Shown here one piece after another: positions 55,995 through 64,000 of a stretch of 64,000 nucleotides of DNA. A program made the position numbers and the translations under genes. Under the pieces are notes generated by a model. That model ran no database searches, was not told the origin of the DNA, and worked only from the letters and a program-made list of their open reading frames with translations. The stretch's first letter is position 1. The number at the start of each line of letters is the position of its first letter. This stretch comes from an uncultured Methanosarcinaceae archaeon (GTDB taxonomy: Archaea > Halobacteriota > Methanosarcinia > Methanosarcinales > Methanosarcinaceae), in assembly GCA_963847185.1 (NCBI GenBank), contig CAWJYV010000008.1, positions 384,001 to 448,000 on the forward strand, in the 5' to 3' direction.

Positions 55995-57221
55995 GTGAAA
56001 GAGACACTATGTATCAAATGCAAAGGGAAAGGACTTTGTGGGCGCCCTCGCTGCCCAATCCTTGAGAAATTTAAATCGTTGCAGTCAATTTCTCCTGCAA
56101 TATCAGGTGATTCTATTTTTGGGGCTTCTCCCCCGGCTCTTTTTGTTGGAAGTTATGGTTATCCCAGGGTTTCTGCAGGTCCCCTTATCCCTCCATTAGT
56201 ACAGGAAAATGAAGCCGCCAGTTTTGAAGAGCCTTCAGCCTGGGCAAATATGCAGATTGAGGATATAATCTCAATGCGTTCCCGCATGGTCAGGGCAAAT
56301 ACGAATCTGCATATAAAAGATGCGCGCAGCAAAGATAATCCCCTTCTTGTTAAGGCTCAGGAACTTGCCCTCTCCAAAAAACCGGTAGATACTGAAGCCT
56401 GGTTTTTTAAAGCTCCAAAACAGGAACTCAAGTTTGATGCCGTTCTCACACCTATGGGCCCCTCAGGCCTGGTAAAAAACTTTGAGCTAGCTGAAAATCC
56501 GAGTGTCCCGAAAAAAGTGGATTACCTGGTCTATGACACTGATGCTCTGGCAAAGGATGCTATTAATGAACTAATAAAAAGTGATGTCTCAAATGAACAT
56601 ATTACACGTTTATTTTCCATAGGTCTGCTAGGGAAAGAACGGAAAATTGTGCCTACCCGCTGGTCAATAACTGCTGTGGACGATCTGGCCGGAAAGGAAC
56701 TTGCAAATCGAATAAAAGACTTTTCCTGGGTTTCTGAAATTCAGCTTTTCAGCGGGACTCATTTCGGGAACCATTTTGAAGTTCTCATCCTTCCCAGAGC
56801 TTATTCTTTCGAACTGATTGAAATCTGGCTCCCCAAAACAGTCTGGTCTGGAGAATCAAGCTGGATTGGAGAAGATAGTGAAGGTTTGGATGGGAAAAAG
56901 GGTTATTCGCCTCTTGCAGGAGGTTATTATGCAGCAAGACTTCCCTTACTTGAGTACCTTGCAGAAATAAAAAAACAGGCTTCCGTTTTCGTGCTCAGGG
57001 AAATATCTCCTGACTACTGGGCTCCTCTTGGAGTCTGGGTTGTTCGAGAGGGCATGAGAAATGCTCTCCGAAATCCTCCGCGAAAATTTGATTCTCTCGA
57101 ATCAGCAGTTTCAGATCTTGCAGGCAGGATAAGCACTCCTAAAACAGAATGGATTCAACAGGCAAAGATGCTTTCCGAATTCCGCTTTCAAACCACTCTG
57201 GATTTCTTTTTTAAAACGTAA
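55995..57221 (+). CDS. nreA: Archaeal DNA repair protein NreA
   Basis: CIKCKG..LCGRPRCP, SPPALFVG..GYP, VPTRWSITAVD, GGYYAARL, C-terminal PIP box QTTLDFF; start uncertain (55974 or 55995). Confidence 0.9.
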   Translation: MKETLCIKCKGKGLCGRPRCPILEKFKSLQSISPAISGDSIFGASPPALFVGSYGYPRVSAGPLIPPLVQENEAASFEEPSAWANMQIEDIISMRSRMVRANTNLHIKDARSKDNPLLVKAQELALSKKPVDTEAWFFKAPKQELKFDAVLTPMGPSGLVKNFELAENPSVPKKVDYLVYDTDALAKDAINELIKSDVSNEHITRLFSIGLLGKERKIVPTRWSITAVDDLAGKELANRIKDFSWVSEIQLFSGTHFGNHFEVLILPRAYSFELIEIWLPKTVWSGESSWIGEDSEGLDGKKGYSPLAGGYYAARLPLLEYLAEIKKQASVFVLREISPDYWAPLGVWVVREGMRNALRNPPRKFDSLESAVSDLAGRISTPKTEWIQQAKMLSEFRFQTTLDFFFKT

Positions 57222-57265
57222 TAAAGTTAAAATTAAAAAAGAGTAAGTAAAAAAACTTACCGCGT

Positions 57266-57979
57266 TTATTCAAATAACTCGGGCACAATGCGCCGGGCGA
57301 CTTCTTCATAAGCTTTAGAAATGTCGCCTTTGTCAAACCTGAATACATCTTTATCCATTGATTGCCCGGTTTTCTTGTCCCAGAACCTGCAGGTATCACA
57401 GGAAATCTCGTCCGCAAGGACAATTTCTCCGTTTATCCTCCCGAATTCCAGCTTAAAATCAGGAAGTACGATCCCCTTTTCATCCAGGTAAGGTATGAGC
57501 AGTTCGTTAATTCTCAGGGCAAATTTCCGGAGTATGGCGAGTTCTTCCTTTGTTGCTATCCCAAGTGCAAGAGCAATATCGTCATTGAGCATGGGGTCTC
57601 CGTACTCGTCGCTTTTAAAATCAAAAACAAGTACAGGAGTTTCGAAAATAGTACCCTCTTTCAATGGATATCTTTTTGTAATTGAGCCTGCGGCAATGTT
57701 CCTGACAATGACTTCAATTTTTATAATATCGACTTTTTTCACAAGCATCTCGATGTCAGAAAGCATTTTGATGAAGTGGGTCTTTATTCCCTCGGCCTCA
57801 AGCATCTCAAACAGCTTTTTTGAGATATGGGCGTTGTAATACCCTTTCCTTTCCATTTCCCCTTTTTTCTCTCCGTTAAATGCAGTGAGACTGTTTCGGA
57901 ATTCGGCAATAAGGGTGTCAGGATCATCTGTCTTATAGATAGTTTTTGCTTTCCCTGAATAGAGCTGTTCTCTTGTCAT
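57266..57979 (-). CDS. purC: SAICAR synthase
   Basis: [40 protein letters not shown]; start at MTREQ. Confidence 0.96.
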   Translation of the reverse strand: MTREQLYSGKAKTIYKTDDPDTLIAEFRNSLTAFNGEKKGEMERKGYYNAHISKKLFEMLEAEGIKTHFIKMLSDIEMLVKKVDIIKIEVIVRNIAAGSITKRYPLKEGTIFETPVLVFDFKSDEYGDPMLNDDIALALGIATKEELAILRKFALRINELLIPYLDEKGIVLPDFKLEFGRINGEIVLADEISCDTCRFWDKKTGQSMDKDVFRFDKGDISKAYEEVARRIVPELFE

Positions 57980-58460
57980 GCAATGGTCCTCTTTAGGGAT
58001 AATTTGGAATTCCTCAGATGTAGGTATCTTTGGAATGATAGTTTTAATATAGGAGTTACGATAATGCAGAAGTTTTGGTGACGCCATTGTATTTCAGAAT
58101 AGATCGAATGGGTCAATGTTTTTCCGAAAAGAGCATTCACTTTACGGAGACTTTTCGATCATCTCTAAAACCCATGACCGCTCTCTGGAAAATTGAGATC
58201 TTTCTCGGCATTGGCTGAAGCTTTTTCCGAAAACGTCCTCTTAATCCCGGAGAGATAGATTAGATGATAACGCCTTCTGCTAGATAAAGTTATCATCTCT
58301 GTTTGGCTTCCTATTTTCACTGTCGACTGTTTCGCAAATTTTATCATTGAAGAAAGTGAATTATTAGGTTCAGCAACTTAAAAAAAGATTTAAGAACTTG
58401 CCGCATTTGAGTGCCCTACACTTGATAATGGACTAATTAAGCACGCAACGGGTAAAAAAC

Positions 58461-59738
58461 ATGTCAGGCACTATACTAGACATCGTAGAACTTCTGCTTA
58501 CCGCAGAGATCTATAACCGCTATCCTGTACTGGATGTAAACGACCTCCCTAAAAACATTCGGAAAAACTACTGGAGCAGCACAGAAAAAACAGTTCCCAA
58601 ACCCATTACAGCTACATTTATCAGGATTGAAAAACTGTATGGTATGACGGACATCGAAAAAGTCGTAAGGAATGTCCCATTCATAGTTATTGACAAGTCC
58701 CATTTCGAACTTCGCCTGAGCGCTTTCGAACTTGCCGCAGAATGGTTTGAAAAGCAGGAAGGATCTGAGGAAAGGATCGAAAATAATCCTGTCCTGGCCT
58801 ATTACTTTGGAGAAATAAAAAAAGCTCAGGATGCCAATTATGCGCTTGCAAAAGCGAAAATAAGGCCTAAAGAAGTTGATAGAGAGTGGATAGAGTCCCT
58901 TATAGCTGAGATCAAGAAGGAAGACAAAAGCGAAGAAATGCTCAAGCTCGTTATCATTATCGCTCCTGAAGACGTAAAACAGAAAGTAAAGGATCTTGTG
59001 CTAACCAAGGAGCAGGAAAGTGAAGTTGAAAAAATTATGAAGGCAATCAAGCACAGGGAATACCTCCGGGAGATTGGCCTGCATGATATAGGAAAACTTC
59101 TTTTCGTCGGGCCGCCTGGTACTGGAAAAACCTCTGTTGCCCGCGCACTTTCAGAGCAGCTCTCCATCCCCTTTGTTGAAGTCAAGCTCTCCATGATAAC
59201 AGATCAATATCTTGGTGAGACTGCAAAAAACATTGATAGAGTATTCCTGCTTGCAAAGAAATTGAACCCCTGCATACTTTTCATAGATGAACTGGATTTC
59301 GTTGCAAAGGCAAGGACATCTGACGAAAATGCTGCTATCAAGAGGGCAGTCAATACCCTCCTTAAAGCAATAGATGAAATCAGCCTTGTGGAGCATGGGG
59401 TTCTCCTGATTGCAGCAACAAATCATCCCCGTATGCTCGACAGCGCAGCATGGAGGCGTTTTGATGAAATCGTCCACTTCCCTCTTCCTGACATTGAAAT
59501 GCGTAAAAGTATCCTTGATATTGTAACTAAACACATAGAAGGAGATTTTGATACCGCGGAAATTGCGGAACTAACCGACGGTTATTCGGGTTCGGACCTT
59601 CGCATAGTTATCAGAGAAGCTGTCCTGAGCGCTCTTCTGGAAGAACGCAAAGTACTTACCCAGCAGGACCTTCTTGAGGCTGTAAAATCTTTTGATGAAA
59701 GATCTGATCTCAAATCCGAAGAGTACGAGAGGAAGTAA
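58461..59738 (+). CDS. AAA+ ATPase (single AAA module, uncharacterised N-domain)
   Basis: GPPGTGKT, FIDELD, ATNHP..LD.A.WRRFD, GYSGSD. Confidence 0.9.
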   Translation: MSGTILDIVELLLTAEIYNRYPVLDVNDLPKNIRKNYWSSTEKTVPKPITATFIRIEKLYGMTDIEKVVRNVPFIVIDKSHFELRLSAFELAAEWFEKQEGSEERIENNPVLAYYFGEIKKAQDANYALAKAKIRPKEVDREWIESLIAEIKKEDKSEEMLKLVIIIAPEDVKQKVKDLVLTKEQESEVEKIMKAIKHREYLREIGLHDIGKLLFVGPPGTGKTSVARALSEQLSIPFVEVKLSMITDQYLGETAKNIDRVFLLAKKLNPCILFIDELDFVAKARTSDENAAIKRAVNTLLKAIDEISLVEHGVLLIAATNHPRMLDSAAWRRFDEIVHFPLPDIEMRKSILDIVTKHIEGDFDTAEIAELTDGYSGSDLRIVIREAVLSALLEERKVLTQQDLLEAVKSFDERSDLKSEEYERK

Positions 59739-59743
59739 TAAGC

Positions 59744-60484
59744 ATGAAGTTGACACTGCTCGGGACAGGTGATGCTGTCGGAACCCCTAAAATAGGATGC
59801 ACCTGCCCGACCTGTGAGGACGCCCGGATGGGTGGAAAAAGCCAGCGTCTTCGCTTCTCTATCCTCGTGGAATCCGATAAAGGTAAAATCCTTATTGACA
59901 CTAGCCCGGATCTCAGACAGCAGTTCCTCAGGCAAAACCTTTCCTGCATAGATGGAGTTATCTGGACCCATGGGCATTACGACCATTACTCCGGATTCGG
60001 GGAGTTCTACAGGGTTCAAAATAAAGTTGACGTCTATGGCATTCCCGAAAACCTTGACTATATTAACCAGTATGTTTCTTTCCTTAAACCCAGGTATCAT
60101 TATGTAAAACTCTATGAGCCATTCGAGCTCGTCGGGTTGCAGTTTACTTTATTTAAGGTCGACCATCCTCCTGTGGAAGTTCCTACAGGAGTCATTATTC
60201 GGGAAGGGAATACAAAAGTGGTGGTTACCGGAGACACAAGTCCGGAAATTCCGAAAGCTAGCCTGGAGCTGATGAAAGATCCCGACCTTCTCATTGCCGA
60301 TGCCATAGTCCCGCCTCATATCCATATAAAAAAGCACATGAATTCAAAAGAGGCTATTGAACTTGCAAAGAAACTCAATGCAAAAGAAACAGTTTTAATC
60401 CATCTCAGCCATCTGTTCCGTCCTCATCATATTGAGTCTATATTTTTGCCTCTCGGATATGACGGGCAGGTCTTTGAATTATAA
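59744..60484 (+). CDS. Metallo-beta-lactamase-fold hydrolase (PhnP-like)
   Basis: LLGTG, GCTCPTC, THGHYDH, TGDT, HLSH. Confidence 0.9.
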   Translation: MKLTLLGTGDAVGTPKIGCTCPTCEDARMGGKSQRLRFSILVESDKGKILIDTSPDLRQQFLRQNLSCIDGVIWTHGHYDHYSGFGEFYRVQNKVDVYGIPENLDYINQYVSFLKPRYHYVKLYEPFELVGLQFTLFKVDHPPVEVPTGVIIREGNTKVVVTGDTSPEIPKASLELMKDPDLLIADAIVPPHIHIKKHMNSKEAIELAKKLNAKETVLIHLSHLFRPHHIESIFLPLGYDGQVFEL

Positions 60485-60649
60485 TACCTATAATACCTTC
60501 TCATGACAGTGAGTATGAGAAGGTCATATGGCACTAATAGATCGGCTTCAACTTTGAATAAGTTAACATGTCAATCTGCTCAAATTTGATAGCAGTTTGT
60601 CTCACTATTTTAGTTCTTGACTTATTTATTTTTTTCAGACTTTTGTTTT

Positions 60650-63600
60650 TCACGTGACTGTTATATATCTAGAGGCGGTTTTAGTGCTGCTTCCATTTGC
60701 GTTTCTTACAGTTAAGGTAACTGTAAATCTTCCTTTTTTAGTATATGTGTGTGAAGCATTTTTGGTTGATAAAGTAACTCCATCTCCAAAATTCCAGACC
60801 CAGGAAGTTGGTGATCCCCTACTATTTTCAGTAAATGCCACCTTTAATGGCGCTTTTCCTGATGTTGGAAATCCTGAGAAAGCAGCAATCGGCCTTTGTG
60901 AAGCAGTCGTTGCTGCCACTTTTATATAACCGGATTTTGTCGCCGTACTGCTACCTGCGGCATTAGTTGCTGTAAGTGTAACCGCATAGGCTCCTGCTGA
61001 AGAATATCTATGTGTTGGATTCTTTACTGTTGAATTTGCTGTGCCGTCTCCGAAATTCCAGTTCCAGGCAGTCGGTGTACCTGTACTTGCGTCAGTAAAT
61101 GTTACACTAAAAGGTGCGGTTCCTGATGCAACATTACTGTTGAAATTTGCAACAGGTTTTTGTGCATCTACTCTAACATAACTGGACTTTCTGACTGCAC
61201 CACTTCCCGCAGAGTTACTTGCTGTGAGTGTTACCGTATAAGTCCCTGCTGATGAATATCTATGTGTTGGATTCTTCACTGTCGAATTTGCTGTGCCGTC
61301 TCCGAAACTCCATCTCCATGAGGTAGGAGAACCTGTACTTGTGTCGCTGAAAGCGACGTTTAATGGCACCGTTCCTGAAGTGGTATTACTACTAAAGTTT
61401 GCAACCGGTCTTTGCACAGGTGCCACTTTTATATAATTGGATTTTGTCGCTGTACTTCTACCTGCAGTATTACTTGCTGTAAGTGTTACCGTGTAATTTC
61501 CTGCTGACGAATATTGATGTGTTGGATTCTTTACTGTTGAATTTGAAGTTCTATCTCCAAAATTCCAGTTCCAGGTAGTTGGCGTGCCTGTACTTGTATC
61601 AGTAAATGTTACACTCAAAGGCACAGTTCCCGAGATCACATTACTGCTGAAGTTTGCAACAGGTTTTTGTGCAGCCACCCTAATATAACTGGACTTTCTG
61701 ACTGCACTACTTCCTGCAGAGTTACTTGCTGTGAGTGTTACTGTGTAACTCCCCACTTTTGAATAGGTATGGGTTGGATTTTTTATTGTTGAGTTTGCAG
61801 TTCCGTCTCCAAAACTCCATTTCCATGAGGTAGGAGAATTTGTACTTGTGTCATTGAAAACAACGTTTAACGGCACTGTTCCTGAAGTTACGTTACTGGT
61901 GAAGCTTGCAACAGGTCTTTGAACTGCTGCAACCCTTATATAACTGGATTTTGACGTTGTATTGCTACCTGCAGAGTTACTTACTGTAAGTATTATTGTG
62001 TAACTTCCTACTTTTGAGTAAGTGTGCGTTGGATTCTTAACTGTTGAATTTACTGTTCCGTCTCCAAAGCTCCATTTCCATGCTGTTGGAGAACCTGTAC
62101 TTGTATCATTAAATGCGACAATTAGTGGTACAGTCCCTGAACTCACATTACTGGCGAAGTTTGCAACAGGTTTCACTGCTGTTACTTTAATGTAATTGTT
62201 TTTTGCTGTTGTATTATTACCTGCAGCATTGCTTACTGTAAGTGCTACTGTATAGTTTCCCGGAATTGAGTAATTATGCGTTGCATTCTTTACTGTCGAA
62301 TTTGTCGTTCCGTCTCCAAATCTCCAATTCCAAGAAGTAGGGGAACCTGTACTGCTATCAATAAATGCTACATTCAGTGGCGATGTTCCTGAGGTAACAT
62401 TACTGCTAAAATTTGCAACAGGTAATTGTGGTTTCTGTTCTTTTGCTGAGACATTGCAAACGTATATGTCGGAGTTTCCATTCCGCCCATCATTCCACAC
62501 TACTCTGTCTTCATAGATTGCAGGATCTCCCTGCCATGATTCATTTGTTGTTGACTGAGTTTCATTAGTGGAAATATTGTAAATGCAGATATCGGCATTT
62601 CCATTACGGTTATCTTTCCATACTATCCTGTCTTCGTAGATGGCAGGATAGTACTGATCGGAGTCATTTGTGGTAATGCGGGTTTCTAGGGATGTAGATA
62701 GATTGTACATGTAGATGTCGAAATTTCCATTTCGGGAGTCCTGCCACACAATTCTATCCTTGTAAATGGCAGGAAGGATCTGATCCGATTTAATTGAGGT
62801 TATCCGCGTTTCATTTGAAGTTATGAGATCGTAAATATAAATGTCCCAGTTTCCATTTCGTTCGTCCTGCCACACAACCCTGTCCCTGTAGATAGCAGGT
62901 TCCACCTGGTCCGATTCATCTGTTGTTATTTCTGTTTCATTTGAAGTTAAGAGATCGTACATATATATGTCAGAGTTTCCATTTCGGTTATCATCCCAGA
63001 TTATTCTGTCCCCGTAGATGGCAGGACTGGATGCCCATGATTCATTTGTGGTAATCTGAGTCTCGCTCGAAGTTGCGAGATTATACACATAGATGTCGGA
63101 GTGCCCATTACGTCCGTCCTGCCACACTATCTTATCGCCGAAAATAGCAGGACTGGATGCCCATGATTCGTTTGTGGTGATTAGGGCTTCTTTGGAAGTT
63201 AAGAAGTTGTACATGTAAACGTCTGTATTTCCATTACGGTTGTCACTCCAGACGATCCTATCTCCGTAGATCGCGGAATCGCACTGATCGGATTCATCGT
63301 TTGTTATCTGGATTTCCGTGAAATTAGGAGCCTGAACGTTATTATTTGTCCGATTTCCGGATTTGGAAGCATAAATTGTGTTTCCATATGCTCCTATGTT
63401 AATTCTGTCTCCGTTGTTTTCCGGTTCTGAAGAGTAATCTGAGAACTTATACCCTGTGTCAATACAGGAGGAACTTATGCTGTCTTTTATCCAGCTGCTT
63501 CCGTTCCAGCGTCCTGCTTTTGACTTTAAATGGTAATCGTTCTTGCTTCGATCTGCATATTCGGGATAAACTTCTATATTTGAAGGTGAGGCCTGAGTGC

Positions 63601-64000
63601 CTTCATAGTTGCTGCCAGTGTTATTATAGAGACAGTTATTCTGCAGGACAAAAGAGTGTGTGCCTGTAAGTAAATTATAAACTCCGTATGCCCCTCCTCC
63701 TGCTGAAGAGAACCTGGTATTTGTTATAATGTTATTTCTTGCCGTAATTATATATCCTGAACCAGGTACTGTTGAATAAGTTTCTTTCTGGGAGATAGCC
63801 GAGCCATAACAGCCATCAAATACGTTATTTTCAGCAAGGACATTAAATCCGCTGGAAACTATTCCTCCTGTTATAGGGCTACTTGTTTTTGTCCCTGTAT
63901 TGTAAATCTGGTTATGGTGAATACTGACATTAGCTGAAGAAAGAGAATAAGAAGGTCCTGATCCGAAAATCCAGATTCCTGCAAGTGCAGTCCTGTATAT
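60650..64000 (-). CDS. Large cell-surface protein: disaggregatase-associated beta-helix region, beta-propeller, 7 PKD domains (5' end outside window)
   Basis: Frame stays open from 64000 (IHHNQIY, ENNVFDG, RNNII, DYHLKSKAGRWNG, RINIGAYG) through the called ORF; IVWQD.RNG repeats; seven PVA(N/S)F/PIAAF...W.FGD units. Confidence 0.9.
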   Translation of the reverse strand: MYRTALAGIWIFGSGPSYSLSSANVSIHHNQIYNTGTKTSSPITGGIVSSGFNVLAENNVFDGCYGSAISQKETYSTVPGSGYIITARNNIITNTRFSSAGGGAYGVYNLLTGTHSFVLQNNCLYNNTGSNYEGTQASPSNIEVYPEYADRSKNDYHLKSKAGRWNGSSWIKDSISSSCIDTGYKFSDYSSEPENNGDRINIGAYGNTIYASKSGNRTNNNVQAPNFTEIQITNDESDQCDSAIYGDRIVWSDNRNGNTDVYMYNFLTSKEALITTNESWASSPAIFGDKIVWQDGRNGHSDIYVYNLATSSETQITTNESWASSPAIYGDRIIWDDNRNGNSDIYMYDLLTSNETEITTDESDQVEPAIYRDRVVWQDERNGNWDIYIYDLITSNETRITSIKSDQILPAIYKDRIVWQDSRNGNFDIYMYNLSTSLETRITTNDSDQYYPAIYEDRIVWKDNRNGNADICIYNISTNETQSTTNESWQGDPAIYEDRVVWNDGRNGNSDIYVCNVSAKEQKPQLPVANFSSNVTSGTSPLNVAFIDSSTGSPTSWNWRFGDGTTNSTVKNATHNYSIPGNYTVALTVSNAAGNNTTAKNNYIKVTAVKPVANFASNVSSGTVPLIVAFNDTSTGSPTAWKWSFGDGTVNSTVKNPTHTYSKVGSYTIILTVSNSAGSNTTSKSSYIRVAAVQRPVASFTSNVTSGTVPLNVVFNDTSTNSPTSWKWSFGDGTANSTIKNPTHTYSKVGSYTVTLTASNSAGSSAVRKSSYIRVAAQKPVANFSSNVISGTVPLSVTFTDTSTGTPTTWNWNFGDRTSNSTVKNPTHQYSSAGNYTVTLTASNTAGRSTATKSNYIKVAPVQRPVANFSSNTTSGTVPLNVAFSDTSTGSPTSWRWSFGDGTANSTVKNPTHRYSSAGTYTVTLTASNSAGSGAVRKSSYVRVDAQKPVANFNSNVASGTAPFSVTFTDASTGTPTAWNWNFGDGTANSTVKNPTHRYSSAGAYAVTLTATNAAGSSTATKSGYIKVAATTASQRPIAAFSGFPTSGKAPLKVAFTENSRGSPTSWVWNFGDGVTLSTKNASHTYTKKGRFTVTLTVRNANGSSTKTASRYITVT

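Noticed and set aside
57980-58347. 36-aa N-terminal extension of purC and the 60-aa ORF 58165-58347
   Set aside because: PurC homology begins at [12 protein letters not shown]; the small ORF has no recognisable features

Overview
Archaeal chromosomal DNA, almost certainly Methanosarcina. Evidence: methanopterin beta-RFA-P synthase, an archaeal HMG-CoA synthase/thiolase/DUF35 operon, NreA, aIF1, and Methanosarcina-type beta-propeller/PKD surface proteins. Most of the window is housekeeping: gpmI, purH, purL, purC, nth, dinB, NikMNQO/CbiMNQO ECF transporter, metG, serS, sppA, and a GH57-GH57-ACT/V4R-GH15 glucan cluster. An accessory block of about 15 kb (25.4-40.8 kb) lies between cyaB and metG. 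It holds: (i) a ~1540-aa Apaf-1/NLR-like TIR-NB-ARC-helical-WD40 gene, split in frame by an intact 740-bp IS1 element with an 8-bp target duplication; (ii) a secreted Asn/Gly/Ala-rich protein of ~38 decapeptide repeats, with one frameshift; (iii) a ~6.6-kb cargo segment (cadC-cadA-copZ, surface protein, MITE, HNH nuclease) bracketed by the metG 3' end and a decayed duplicate of it. Also present: a decayed IS5 element, a frameshifted PUA/PAPS-reductase-family gene, a cadA gene whose apparent start is ACG, and a hairpin/repeat-rich intergenic tract upstream of purL. No rRNA, tRNA or CRISPR array was recognised. All family calls come from motif recognition by eye, not from database searches.
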